A stretch of 24,000 nucleotides of DNA, taken from positions 10,235 to 34,234 of the forward strand of contig VSKZ01000001.1 of the NCBI GenBank assembly GCA_008364125.1. The letters run 5' to 3'. Of this stretch, positions 16,918-24,000 are shown one piece after another (position 1 is the first letter of the stretch; every line of letters starts with the position of its first letter). The position numbers were made by a program, and so were the translations under genes. The notes beneath the pieces were generated by a model. That model was not told where the DNA came from. It did not search any database and was given only the letters and a program-made list of their open reading frames with translations. Origin of the DNA: Candidatus Thioglobus sp. (GTDB lineage: Bacteria; Pseudomonadota; Gammaproteobacteria; PS1; Pseudothioglobaceae).

Positions 16918-18923
16918 GCTAAAATGAAATAGAGCTTAAAGTTGCTTTGACTTAGGATTATTCCACAAAATGCGACAAAGTTGCCAGTAATAAATATACA
17001 AATCCAGTGCCTATCAAAGTTGCAGAAACGACTTTGGCGAAGGCTAAATTTTTGCCTAAAATGCGTTTGTTGAAAAACCAAATAACATAAGCGATTAAAA
17101 AAGCGATGATGAGTATTCGTAGTAAAAACATAGTTTATGGATTTGCGTAATTTTTCTACAATTTTAATCGCTAATAAGGCGCTGATTGAACTAACTTTTT
17201 GGATTTCTGCTGCTGATGCTTTTTGCACTTCTTGCAGTCCGCCAAAATGATTAAGTAATGCTGTGCGCCGTATTTTTCCTATGCCTTCAACGGCTTCAAG
17301 CACCGAGGTGATGCGTTTTTTGCCGCGTTTTTGCCGATGGTTTTTGATGGCAAATCGATGCGCTTCATCGCGAATATGATTGACTAACATCAGCGCCCTA
17401 TCGTATGGGTCTAAGTTGATTTTTTGGGTTTTTCCATCTTTGACCATAATCAAGGTTTCCAAGCCCGCTTTTCTGCCCTCGCCTTTTGCCACGCCGACCA
17501 GCAGCACAGAATCGATGCCGATAGAATCCATCACCATAATTGCCTGATTAAGTTGCCCGAGTCCACCATCAATAAAAATTACATCTGGCAGCGGTTTTTT
17601 TTCTTTTAACAAACGAGAATAACGCCTAAAAACTGCCTGATTTATCGCCGCATAATCATCACCGGGGGTGATATTGTTGATATTAAATTGGCAATATTGC
17701 TTAGTTTTTGCCAGCCCTTTTACAAACACTACGCAAGATGCAACCGTTGCCTCGCCCATAGTATGACTGATGTCAAAGCATTCCATCAGCTTTGGAGGTG
17801 CTTTTAAATTGAGAGTTTTTTGTAATTGTAAAAATTGCGCTTGTTTGCTCGATTTTGAAATTAGCCGCTGCTTTAAATTTTCCTTAGCGGTGAGCATTGC
17901 AATCTGCAAAAAATGGCGCTTGTCTTTTTGCGGCATATCAATAATTTGGGTGGATAAAGCTGATGATAGCAACTTTTTGTCTGGCAATTTTTCGTTAAGT
18001 AATAGCTGTTTTGGCACACTTTTACCGAGATAATATAGCGGTAAAAAAGCTGACAAAATCTCTATGCCGCTTTTATTTTTGCTGTTTTTTGGAAAAACAC
18101 ACTCTTGCCCAATTTGCTTGCCAGAACGCACAAACACCACCTCAACAGCACATTCTGCACCCTCTGTGGCAATGCTTAGAACATCCATATCGTCCATAGT
18201 TTGAGAGTTGTGCTGCTCTTGAATAGTGCGCAAAGCAATCATCTGGTCGCGTAAATGGGCAGCTTGCTCAAAATCTTGTTTTTTGGCAGCATTTTGCATT
18301 TTTTGTGAAATATTATCCAAAGTTTGCACGCCTTTTCCCGCCAAAAATAAGCCCATCATTTTGACATCTTGAGCATAATTTTTATCGCTGATTTTGCCGG
18401 TACAAGGAGCGCTACAAAGCCCGATTTGATATTCTAAACAAGGGCGAGATCTGGAACGATAAGTGGCATTGGCACATTGCCTGACTTTGAAAATCTTTTT
18501 TAATAAAGTCAGCGAATTTCTAACTATGTGTGCTGATGGAAAAGGTCCAAAATATTGGTATTTTTCATTTTTAGTGCCGCGATAAAGCCCTACGCGCTGG
18601 TGTTTATCGTGGCTGATGTAAATATATGGATAACTTTTAGCGTCTTTAAGCAGAATATTGTATCTGGGTTTATGTTGCTTAATTAGTTGATTTTCCAGCA
18701 AAAGAGCTTGGGTCTCGGTGTCGGTAATCACCACTTCAAAATCTTTAATATTAGTAACTAAAACCTTGGTTTTGCCATCTTGATGAGCCTTGTAAAAATA
18801 GCTGGCAACACGCTTTTTTAGATTTTTTGCCTTACCAACATAAATCACCCGCCCTTGTTTATCAAGCATTTGATAAACACCGGGCTGGCTTGTTAAGTTT
18901 TTTAATTTTTCTTTTATTGACAT
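16914..18923 (-). CDS. uvrC: Excinuclease ABC subunit C (ORF as written carries an anomalous ~74-codon 3' extension)
   Basis: It has the GIY-YIG N-terminus (PGVYQMLDKQGRVIYVGKAKNLKKRV), a UVR domain, an endonuclease domain and a C-terminal (HhH)2 (EGIGKIRRTALLNHFGGLQEVQKASAAEIQKV). A recognisable UvrC ends near ...IVEKLRKS (codon at 17141..17139). The remainder, to 16914, is Phe/Cys/Arg-rich and unlike UvrC. Confidence 0.9.
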   Translation of the reverse strand: MSIKEKLKNLTSQPGVYQMLDKQGRVIYVGKAKNLKKRVASYFYKAHQDGKTKVLVTNIKDFEVVITDTETQALLLENQLIKQHKPRYNILLKDAKSYPYIYISHDKHQRVGLYRGTKNEKYQYFGPFPSAHIVRNSLTLLKKIFKVRQCANATYRSRSRPCLEYQIGLCSAPCTGKISDKNYAQDVKMMGLFLAGKGVQTLDNISQKMQNAAKKQDFEQAAHLRDQMIALRTIQEQHNSQTMDDMDVLSIATEGAECAVEVVFVRSGKQIGQECVFPKNSKNKSGIEILSAFLPLYYLGKSVPKQLLLNEKLPDKKLLSSALSTQIIDMPQKDKRHFLQIAMLTAKENLKQRLISKSSKQAQFLQLQKTLNLKAPPKLMECFDISHTMGEATVASCVVFVKGLAKTKQYCQFNINNITPGDDYAAINQAVFRRYSRLLKEKKPLPDVIFIDGGLGQLNQAIMVMDSIGIDSVLLVGVAKGEGRKAGLETLIMVKDGKTQKINLDPYDRALMLVNHIRDEAHRFAIKNHRQKRGKKRITSVLEAVEGIGKIRRTALLNHFGGLQEVQKASAAEIQKVSSISALLAIKIVEKLRKSINYVFTTNTHHRFFNRLCYLVFQQTHFRQKFSLRQSRFCNFDRHWICIFITGNFVAFCGIILSQSNFKLYFILA
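16958..17131 (-). CDS. Candidate small membrane protein, 57 aa, two predicted TM helices (below the track cutoff)
   Basis: ATG 17131..17129, TAA 16960..16958. Translation: MFLLRILIIAFLIAYVIWFFNKRILGKNLAFAKVVSATLIGTGFVYLLLATLSHFVE. This is two hydrophobic stretches joined by a basic loop. It lies wholly inside the 3' extension of the uvrC ORF, in a different frame. Confidence 0.4.
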   Translation of the reverse strand: MFLLRILIIAFLIAYVIWFFNKRILGKNLAFAKVVSATLIGTGFVYLLLATLSHFVE

Positions 18924-18958
18924 CGGGCAAAGGTTAAAATAAGCACATTTTATTATCT

Positions 18959-19627
18959 ATGAATTTGTGGATGAAAAACACAATTAAAATATTATTTATT
19001 ATATTGTTTATTTTGCCGGTTAACGCAACTTTAACTCGTGATAATGTTGCAGATGCGCAAATGTTGACAAATATTATTGACCCGCCAAACACCGCAGCAC
19101 TCAATATTATGGTTGCTGCATTGTCATCGCTAAAAGAGCTTAGGAAGCAAAATCAAGGCACTCCTGAAAACATCGAGGCGCTCATCAAAATTAAACTATT
19201 GCCAAATATTGCGATAGATATTGTAACTAATTTAGTGCTGAAAGATTATTGGAACACTATTGATAGCAAGCAAAAGCAGATTTTACAACAATACATAATT
19301 CAATCGTTGATTGCAGATTACGCCGATATTTTGGGGGCATACGAGCAAATCGGCAATATAAATATTTCGACTGATCCAAATGTAAAACGCCGTGATAATA
19401 GAGCGATTGTCAAGCTGCTTATCAGCCTAAGTGACGGTCAAAATCCTTTTGCAGTAACCTTAAAAATGACACATTCAAACCGTTGGCGCATCTATGATAT
19501 TTTGTTTTCAGGAGTGAGTATCATCAAAAATTATAAGGCGCAATTTAACTCTATAATCAAGCGCAAAGGGCTGGATAATTTTATCAAAGAAATCAATAAA
19601 AAACTAACGAAAAGCACTGATGTATAA
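18959..19627 (+). CDS. mlaC: MlaC/Ttg2D-family periplasmic phospholipid-binding protein
   Basis: 222 aa with a signal peptide (an alternative start at ATG 18971 gives MKNTIKILFIILFILPVNA). The conserved C-terminal pattern RWRIYDILFSGVSIIKNYKAQFNSIIKRKGLDNFIKEI matches MlaC. Confidence 0.75.
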   Translation: MNLWMKNTIKILFIILFILPVNATLTRDNVADAQMLTNIIDPPNTAALNIMVAALSSLKELRKQNQGTPENIEALIKIKLLPNIAIDIVTNLVLKDYWNTIDSKQKQILQQYIIQSLIADYADILGAYEQIGNINISTDPNVKRRDNRAIVKLLISLSDGQNPFAVTLKMTHSNRWRIYDILFSGVSIIKNYKAQFNSIIKRKGLDNFIKEINKKLTKSTDV

Positions 19628-20879
19628 ACTCATTATTAAAGGAGGAAAGCCGCTAAAAGGCACGATCAAAGCTGCTGGCTCAAAAAACTCATCGCTGCCT
19701 ATTTTATTTTCCTCTATTTTAGCAGACGAGGCAATTACGCTAAGTAACACCCCACAACTTAGCGACATTTCCACTACTTTAAGACTGCTTATGAGCATGG
19801 GTGCTGATTTTATTTTGGAATCCGATTCATCGCTTTTTGTGGATTCATCAAAGCTTAACAACTTGGTTGCTGATTACGATTTGGTAAAAACTATGCGTGC
19901 CTCAATTTTGGTGCTCGGACCGATGCTCACAAAATACGGAAAAGCCAAAGTATCGCTGCCTGGCGGCTGTGCAATCGGCACTCGTCCAGTGAATTTGCAC
20001 TTGCAAGCCTTGGAAGAATTGGGTGCAAAAATTGAGGTTAAAAATGGCTATATTTATGCCCAAACCGATGGCTTGGTGGGAACTGATATTCATTTTGATC
20101 AAGTTACAGTTACTGCCACAGAAAATATAATTATGGCAGCCACACTTGCCAAAGGCACAACCACCATTAATAATGCCGCTCAAGAGCCAGAAGTTTCCGA
20201 CTTGTGCCATTGCCTCAATAAAATGGGCGCAAAAATCAGCGGCATCGGCACTTTAATCATCACTATTGAAGGGGTAAAAAAATTGCACGGCACTGATTAT
20301 TTCGTTTGTTCAGACCGCATAGAATCAGCAACTTATTTGGTGGCAGCGGCAATCACCGGCGGCTCTATCACCGTTAAAAACACCAACCCGCAAGTGATGC
20401 GCTCGGTTTTGGGCAAATTGATTGAAATCGGCGCTGACATAAAAACCAGCAAAAACTCAATCACTTTAAATATGAATGGCAAACGCCCAAAAGCTGTCAA
20501 CATAAAAACCAGCACCTACCCAAATTTTCCAACCGATATGCAGGCCCAATTTACTGCCCTAAATACTATTGCAGAGGGACATAGCACCATTACTGAAAAT
20601 ATTTTTGAGAACCGTTTTATGCACATTCCAGAGCTAATGAGAATGGGTGCTGACCTCAATTTAGAAGGCAACACGGTGATTTGTAAAGGAGTAAAATCAC
20701 TCACGGGAGCGCACTTGATGGCAACCGACTTGCGTGCTTCTGCATCCTTAGTATTAGCAGGATTGGCAGCCAAAGGAACTACCACCATCGAGCGCGTTTA
20801 TCACCTTGACCGTGGCTATGAAACCATTGAAGAAAAACTAAAATTACTCGGCGCTGATGTCGAAAGAGTGCAGGATTAA
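19620..20879 (+). CDS. murA: UDP-N-acetylglucosamine 1-carboxyvinyltransferase
   Basis: 419 aa. The N-terminus has GGKPLKGTIKAAGSKNSSLPIL and the active-site loop LPGGCAIGTRPV retains the Cys. It overlaps the end of mlaC by 8 nt. Confidence 0.95.
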   Translation: MYKLIIKGGKPLKGTIKAAGSKNSSLPILFSSILADEAITLSNTPQLSDISTTLRLLMSMGADFILESDSSLFVDSSKLNNLVADYDLVKTMRASILVLGPMLTKYGKAKVSLPGGCAIGTRPVNLHLQALEELGAKIEVKNGYIYAQTDGLVGTDIHFDQVTVTATENIIMAATLAKGTTTINNAAQEPEVSDLCHCLNKMGAKISGIGTLIITIEGVKKLHGTDYFVCSDRIESATYLVAAAITGGSITVKNTNPQVMRSVLGKLIEIGADIKTSKNSITLNMNGKRPKAVNIKTSTYPNFPTDMQAQFTALNTIAEGHSTITENIFENRFMHIPELMRMGADLNLEGNTVICKGVKSLTGAHLMATDLRASASLVLAGLAAKGTTTIERVYHLDRGYETIEEKLKLLGADVERVQD

Positions 20880-20881
20880 CT

Positions 20882-21499
20882 ATGCTAACAATCGCATTAT
20901 CAAAAGGTAGAATTCTTGAACAGACCTTGCCACTATTAGAAAAAGCTGGCTTGAAAATTGAGCAGGGCGAGCTAAATTCTAGAAAACTAATTCTCGATAC
21001 TAATCTTGCCGAAGTCAAAGTTATCATCATCCGCGCTACTGATGTGCCTGTTTTTGTGCAACACGGAGCTGCTGACCTCGGTATTACTGGTAAAGATGTG
21101 CTGCTTGAACACGGCAGCAATGGTTTGTTTGAGTTGCTGGACCTAAAAATTGCTAAATGCAAGCTGATGGTCGCTGCTCAAAATAAGCAAAAATTAGAGC
21201 AAAACACCTTAAAAGTTGCCACTAAATATGTCAATTCTGCCAAACTTCATTTTCAAAAACAAGGGCAATCTTGCGAAATTATCAAGCTATACGGAGCAAT
21301 GGAATTAGCTCCAATAGTCGGTTTGGCACATTGCATTGTAGATTTGGTGGACACTGGCAACACCATAAAAGCCAATGGCTTACAGGCTTTTGAACACATT
21401 ACCGACATCAGTTCGCGCTTGATTGTCAATGCAGCGTCATTCAAAACCAAAAACGCTGCCATCAAATCTTGGGCCGACAACATTGCAAAAAACCTATGA
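20882..21499 (+). CDS. hisG: ATP phosphoribosyltransferase, short form (HisZ-dependent type)
   Basis: 205 aa with [33 protein letters not shown] and [14 protein letters not shown]. It lacks the C-terminal regulatory domain of long-form HisG. The start is 2 nt after the murA stop. Confidence 0.93.
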   Translation: MLTIALSKGRILEQTLPLLEKAGLKIEQGELNSRKLILDTNLAEVKVIIIRATDVPVFVQHGAADLGITGKDVLLEHGSNGLFELLDLKIAKCKLMVAAQNKQKLEQNTLKVATKYVNSAKLHFQKQGQSCEIIKLYGAMELAPIVGLAHCIVDLVDTGNTIKANGLQAFEHITDISSRLIVNAASFKTKNAAIKSWADNIAKNL

Positions 21500-22791
21500 T
21501 TGCGCGCCTCAAATCCGACCAATCTAATTTCCAAAAACAGCTATCAAAATTATTAGCACGAGATAATATTTCTGACGGCAATATTGATAAAACTGTGAGC
21601 GATATTATTGCCAAAATAAGAGCAGAAGGCGACAGCGCTCTGATTGATTACAGCGTCAAATTTGATGGTGTCAGCGCCACCAAAATGGCAGATTTGAGCA
21701 TCAATTCAAGCGCACTAAAAAGTGCATTTAACGAATTGGACAAAACGCAAAAATCAGCCCTTAGCGCTGCTGCTGAGCGAATTACTAACTATCATCAAAA
21801 ACAGTTACAAAAAACTTGGACTTACTCTGATGATGACGAAACTATGCTCGGGCAAAAAATCACTCCAATTGAGCGAGTTGGCCTGTATGTCCCCGGCGGC
21901 AAGGCCTCTTACCCGTCTTCGGTGTTGATGAACGCCATTCCCGCCAAAGTTGCTGGCGTGGCAGAATTGATTATGGTAGTTCCAGCAGCAAATGGCGTTG
22001 TCAATCCATTAGTGTTGGCAGCTGCGCATATTACTCAGGTTAATCAGGTGTTCACAGTCGGCGGTGCACAGGCAATAGCAGCGCTGGCTTATGGCACAAA
22101 AAGCATTCCAAAAGTTGACAAAATTGTTGGCCCCGGCAATATCTATGTTGCCACTGCCAAGCGCCAAGTATTTGGGCAAGTAGGTATCGATATGATTGCA
22201 GGCCCCAGCGAGATTTTGATTATTTGCGATGGCAAAACCAACCCCGATTGGATTGCGATGGATTTGTTTTCACAGGCTGAACATGACGAAGATGCGCAAT
22301 CTATTTTGCTCAGTCCAGATGCAGATTTCATCGAAAAAGTCGCTGCCAGCATCGAAAAATTGTTACCAACTATGGACAGAAAAAACATAATCGCCAAGGC
22401 TTTAAATTCTCGTGGGGCTCTAATCCAAACCAAAAATATGGACGAAGCAATAGCCATTTCCAATCAAATTGCCCCTGAACATTTAGAGCTTTCTGTCGAA
22501 GATCCAAAATCCATGCTCGGCGACATTCACCATGCTGGCGCTATTTTTATGGGCAGAAACACTTGCGAAGCGCTTGGCGATTATTGCGCAGGCCCTAATC
22601 ATGTGTTGCCAACCTCCGGCACAGCGCGTTTTTCCTCACCGCTGGGAGTGTATGATTTTCAGAAAAAATCATCTTTGATTATGGTATCTGACGCCGGCGC
22701 TAATTCTTTGGGCGAAATCGCTGTTACTCTGGCAGAAGGCGAGGGTTTGCAGGCACACGCTCAATCTGCCCAGTATCGCATTCAGAAATAA
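21496..22791 (+). CDS. hisD: Histidinol dehydrogenase
   Basis: 431 aa from ATG 21496, which makes an ATGA overlap with the hisG stop. The track start at 21469 would overlap hisG by 31 nt. Motifs: [36 protein letters not shown]. Confidence 0.95.
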   Translation: MIARLKSDQSNFQKQLSKLLARDNISDGNIDKTVSDIIAKIRAEGDSALIDYSVKFDGVSATKMADLSINSSALKSAFNELDKTQKSALSAAAERITNYHQKQLQKTWTYSDDDETMLGQKITPIERVGLYVPGGKASYPSSVLMNAIPAKVAGVAELIMVVPAANGVVNPLVLAAAHITQVNQVFTVGGAQAIAALAYGTKSIPKVDKIVGPGNIYVATAKRQVFGQVGIDMIAGPSEILIICDGKTNPDWIAMDLFSQAEHDEDAQSILLSPDADFIEKVAASIEKLLPTMDRKNIIAKALNSRGALIQTKNMDEAIAISNQIAPEHLELSVEDPKSMLGDIHHAGAIFMGRNTCEALGDYCAGPNHVLPTSGTARFSSPLGVYDFQKKSSLIMVSDAGANSLGEIAVTLAEGEGLQAHAQSAQYRIQK

Positions 22792-22795
22792 AACT

Positions 22796-24000
22796 GTGTT
22801 AAAGTTAACTGTTTTTGTTGCCGTATTTTTAGCGTTTGCAAATCAAATGCAAATGCAAAAAGCTCTAATTATGCAGTCGTAACTGACCATAAGTTAGCCA
22901 CTGACGCTGCATTAGATATTTTGAAAAAAGGCGGTAGCGCCGCAGATGCAACCGTTGTTGCACAACTCGTACTCACCTTAGTTGAGCCGCAATCCAGCGG
23001 CATTGGTGGCGGTGCTTTTGCACTATTTTGGCACAATAAAACAGCACAATTAGACAGCTATGATGGCAGAGAAACCGCGCCTTTAAACGCAAAAGAAAAC
23101 TACTTTTTTGACGACAATAACCAGCCATTGAAATGGGATTTTGACACCGTGCGTGCTGCAAAATCTGTCGGCGTTCCCGGCACTTTGGCGCTGCTGAAAA
23201 AAATGCACCAACAATACGGAAAACTGCCGTGGAACGACTTGTTAGATAAGGTCATAAAAATTGCAAAATCGGGTTATATTTTGGATAAAAAAATTCATCG
23301 TAACCTAATTTTTGCCCAAAAAAATGGCTTAAACCCAAGCTTTGAAACTGCTTATAATTTTTACTTCCAAAAAAATGGAGAGCCAAAACCAACTGGCACT
23401 GTGCTTAAAAATCCGGCTTTTGCGCAAACATTGGAAACTTTGAAAATCGATGGCATTGGGGCATTTTACGGTGGTTCAATTGCCAAAAAAATATTAAAAT
23501 CCATCTACAAAGCCGATAAACAAGCCAAACCCGGACAAGAAATTAACTTAAAAGATTTTGCCAGTTACCAAGTCAAAATGCGCCCAGCAATTTGCAGCGT
23601 TTATCGCCATTATAAAATTTGCGGTATGGGGCCGCCCAGCTCTGGTGCGCTAACCACTGGGCAAATTTTAGGAATGCTGAATAATTTTAATATGCAAAAA
23701 ATCGGTTTTAGCGCCAAAGGTATTCATCTATTTTCTGAAGCCAGTAAATTAGCTTATGCCGACAGGGCGCTTTATATGGCAGATTCTGATTTTGTGGATA
23801 TGCCCATTCAAGGATTATTAGATACGCATTATTTGAATAAACGCGCACAACTTATCAAGCAGAAAACAGCGGCAAAAACCCCAGTATCAGCAGGCAATCC
23901 GCCCGCAAAAAACGCGCACTCATTGTCGCCCAGTTGGCAAAAAGAACGCCCCAGCACCAGCCATTTTAATGTGGTTGATGCCGATGGCAATGTGGTCTCA
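22796..24000 (+). pseudogene. ggt: Gamma-glutamyltransferase, frameshifted between signal peptide and mature domain; 3' end beyond the window
   Basis: Not in the ORF track. GTG 22796 opens the signal peptide MLKLTVFVAVFLAFA..., which stops at TAA 22880-22882. The frame one base back is open to position 24000. It reads YAVVTDHKLATDAALDILKKGGSAADA...EPQSSGIGGGAF...PSTSHFNVVDADGNVVS, which includes the catalytic Thr of GGT. Identity as ggt is firm. Whether it is a true pseudogene or an assembly error is open. Confidence 0.6.

Noticed and set aside
20779-21162. A 127-aa minus-strand ORF spans the murA/hisG junction. Similar antisense ORFs lie inside lysC (2264-3093), the rhodanese/MBL gene (6315-6969), rpsA (9441-10776), uup, uvrC and ggt (22973-23161).
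   Set aside because: All of them lie antisense to, or out of frame within, confidently identified genes. None has coding-like sequence features. I treat them as shadow ORFs.
22789-22870. hisD and the mature ggt domain are in the same frame, separated by a single TAA. This could suggest a stop-codon read-through HisD-GGT fusion.
   Set aside because: A one-in-three frame coincidence. The intervening residues (NCVKVNCFCCRIFSVCK) look non-coding. A bona fide signal peptide sits in the adjacent frame, which points to a frameshift instead.
1-24000. I looked for mobile elements, CRISPR arrays, phage or integrase genes, toxin-antitoxin pairs and defence-system hallmarks, including next to tRNA-Lys as a possible integration site.
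   Set aside because: I found no transposase or integrase-like ORFs, no repeat-spacer periodicity and no direct repeats of the tRNA 3' end. No block stood out by eye as compositionally different. Every sizeable ORF is accounted for by a housekeeping family.

Overview
This window is an AT-rich, very tightly packed stretch of core genome, and I found no convincing novel multi-gene system in it. It looks proteobacterial: the gene orders cmk-rpsA-ihfB and mlaC-murA-hisG-hisD are typical of gamma/beta-proteobacteria. I cannot assign a species from the sequence alone.

I can support about 29 protein-coding genes and one tRNA, in alternating strand blocks:
- Minus strand: lysC, ilvE, a zf-CHCC protein, aroK, and a TolC-like gene that runs off the left edge.
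- Plus strand: an M48 protease, a small exported CxxCH protein, rsgA.
- Minus strand: ccmH, a TPR protein, lysS, a MazG-like protein, cmk, rpsA, ihfB, tRNA-Lys(UUU), slyD, a Zn-ribbon SAM methyltransferase, and a rhodanese/MBL fusion.
- Plus strand: uup and a HAD-like protein.
- Minus strand: uvrC.
- Plus strand: mlaC, murA, hisG, hisD, and ggt, which runs off the right edge.

The two edge genes (TolC-like at 1-454 and ggt from 22796) are missing from the ORF track because they have no stop codon inside the window. Many neighbouring genes overlap by 1-14 nt (ATGA, GTGA, TGATG, TAATG junctions). Intergenic space is minimal, and the only sizeable gap is 3334-3632.

I saw no transposase, integrase, phage gene, CRISPR array, toxin-antitoxin pair or recognisable defence system. 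The leads worth a second look are single-locus oddities:
- ggt has its signal peptide and its mature domain in different reading frames, next to an A5 run.
- The uvrC ORF runs about 74 codons past its expected end and covers a hidden 57-codon membrane ORF.
- A periplasmic rhodanese-MBL fusion has a degenerate HxHxDH metal motif.
- An intact MazG-like NTP pyrophosphatase is translationally coupled to cmk.
- An M48 protease is coupled to a Met-free exported CxxCH protein.
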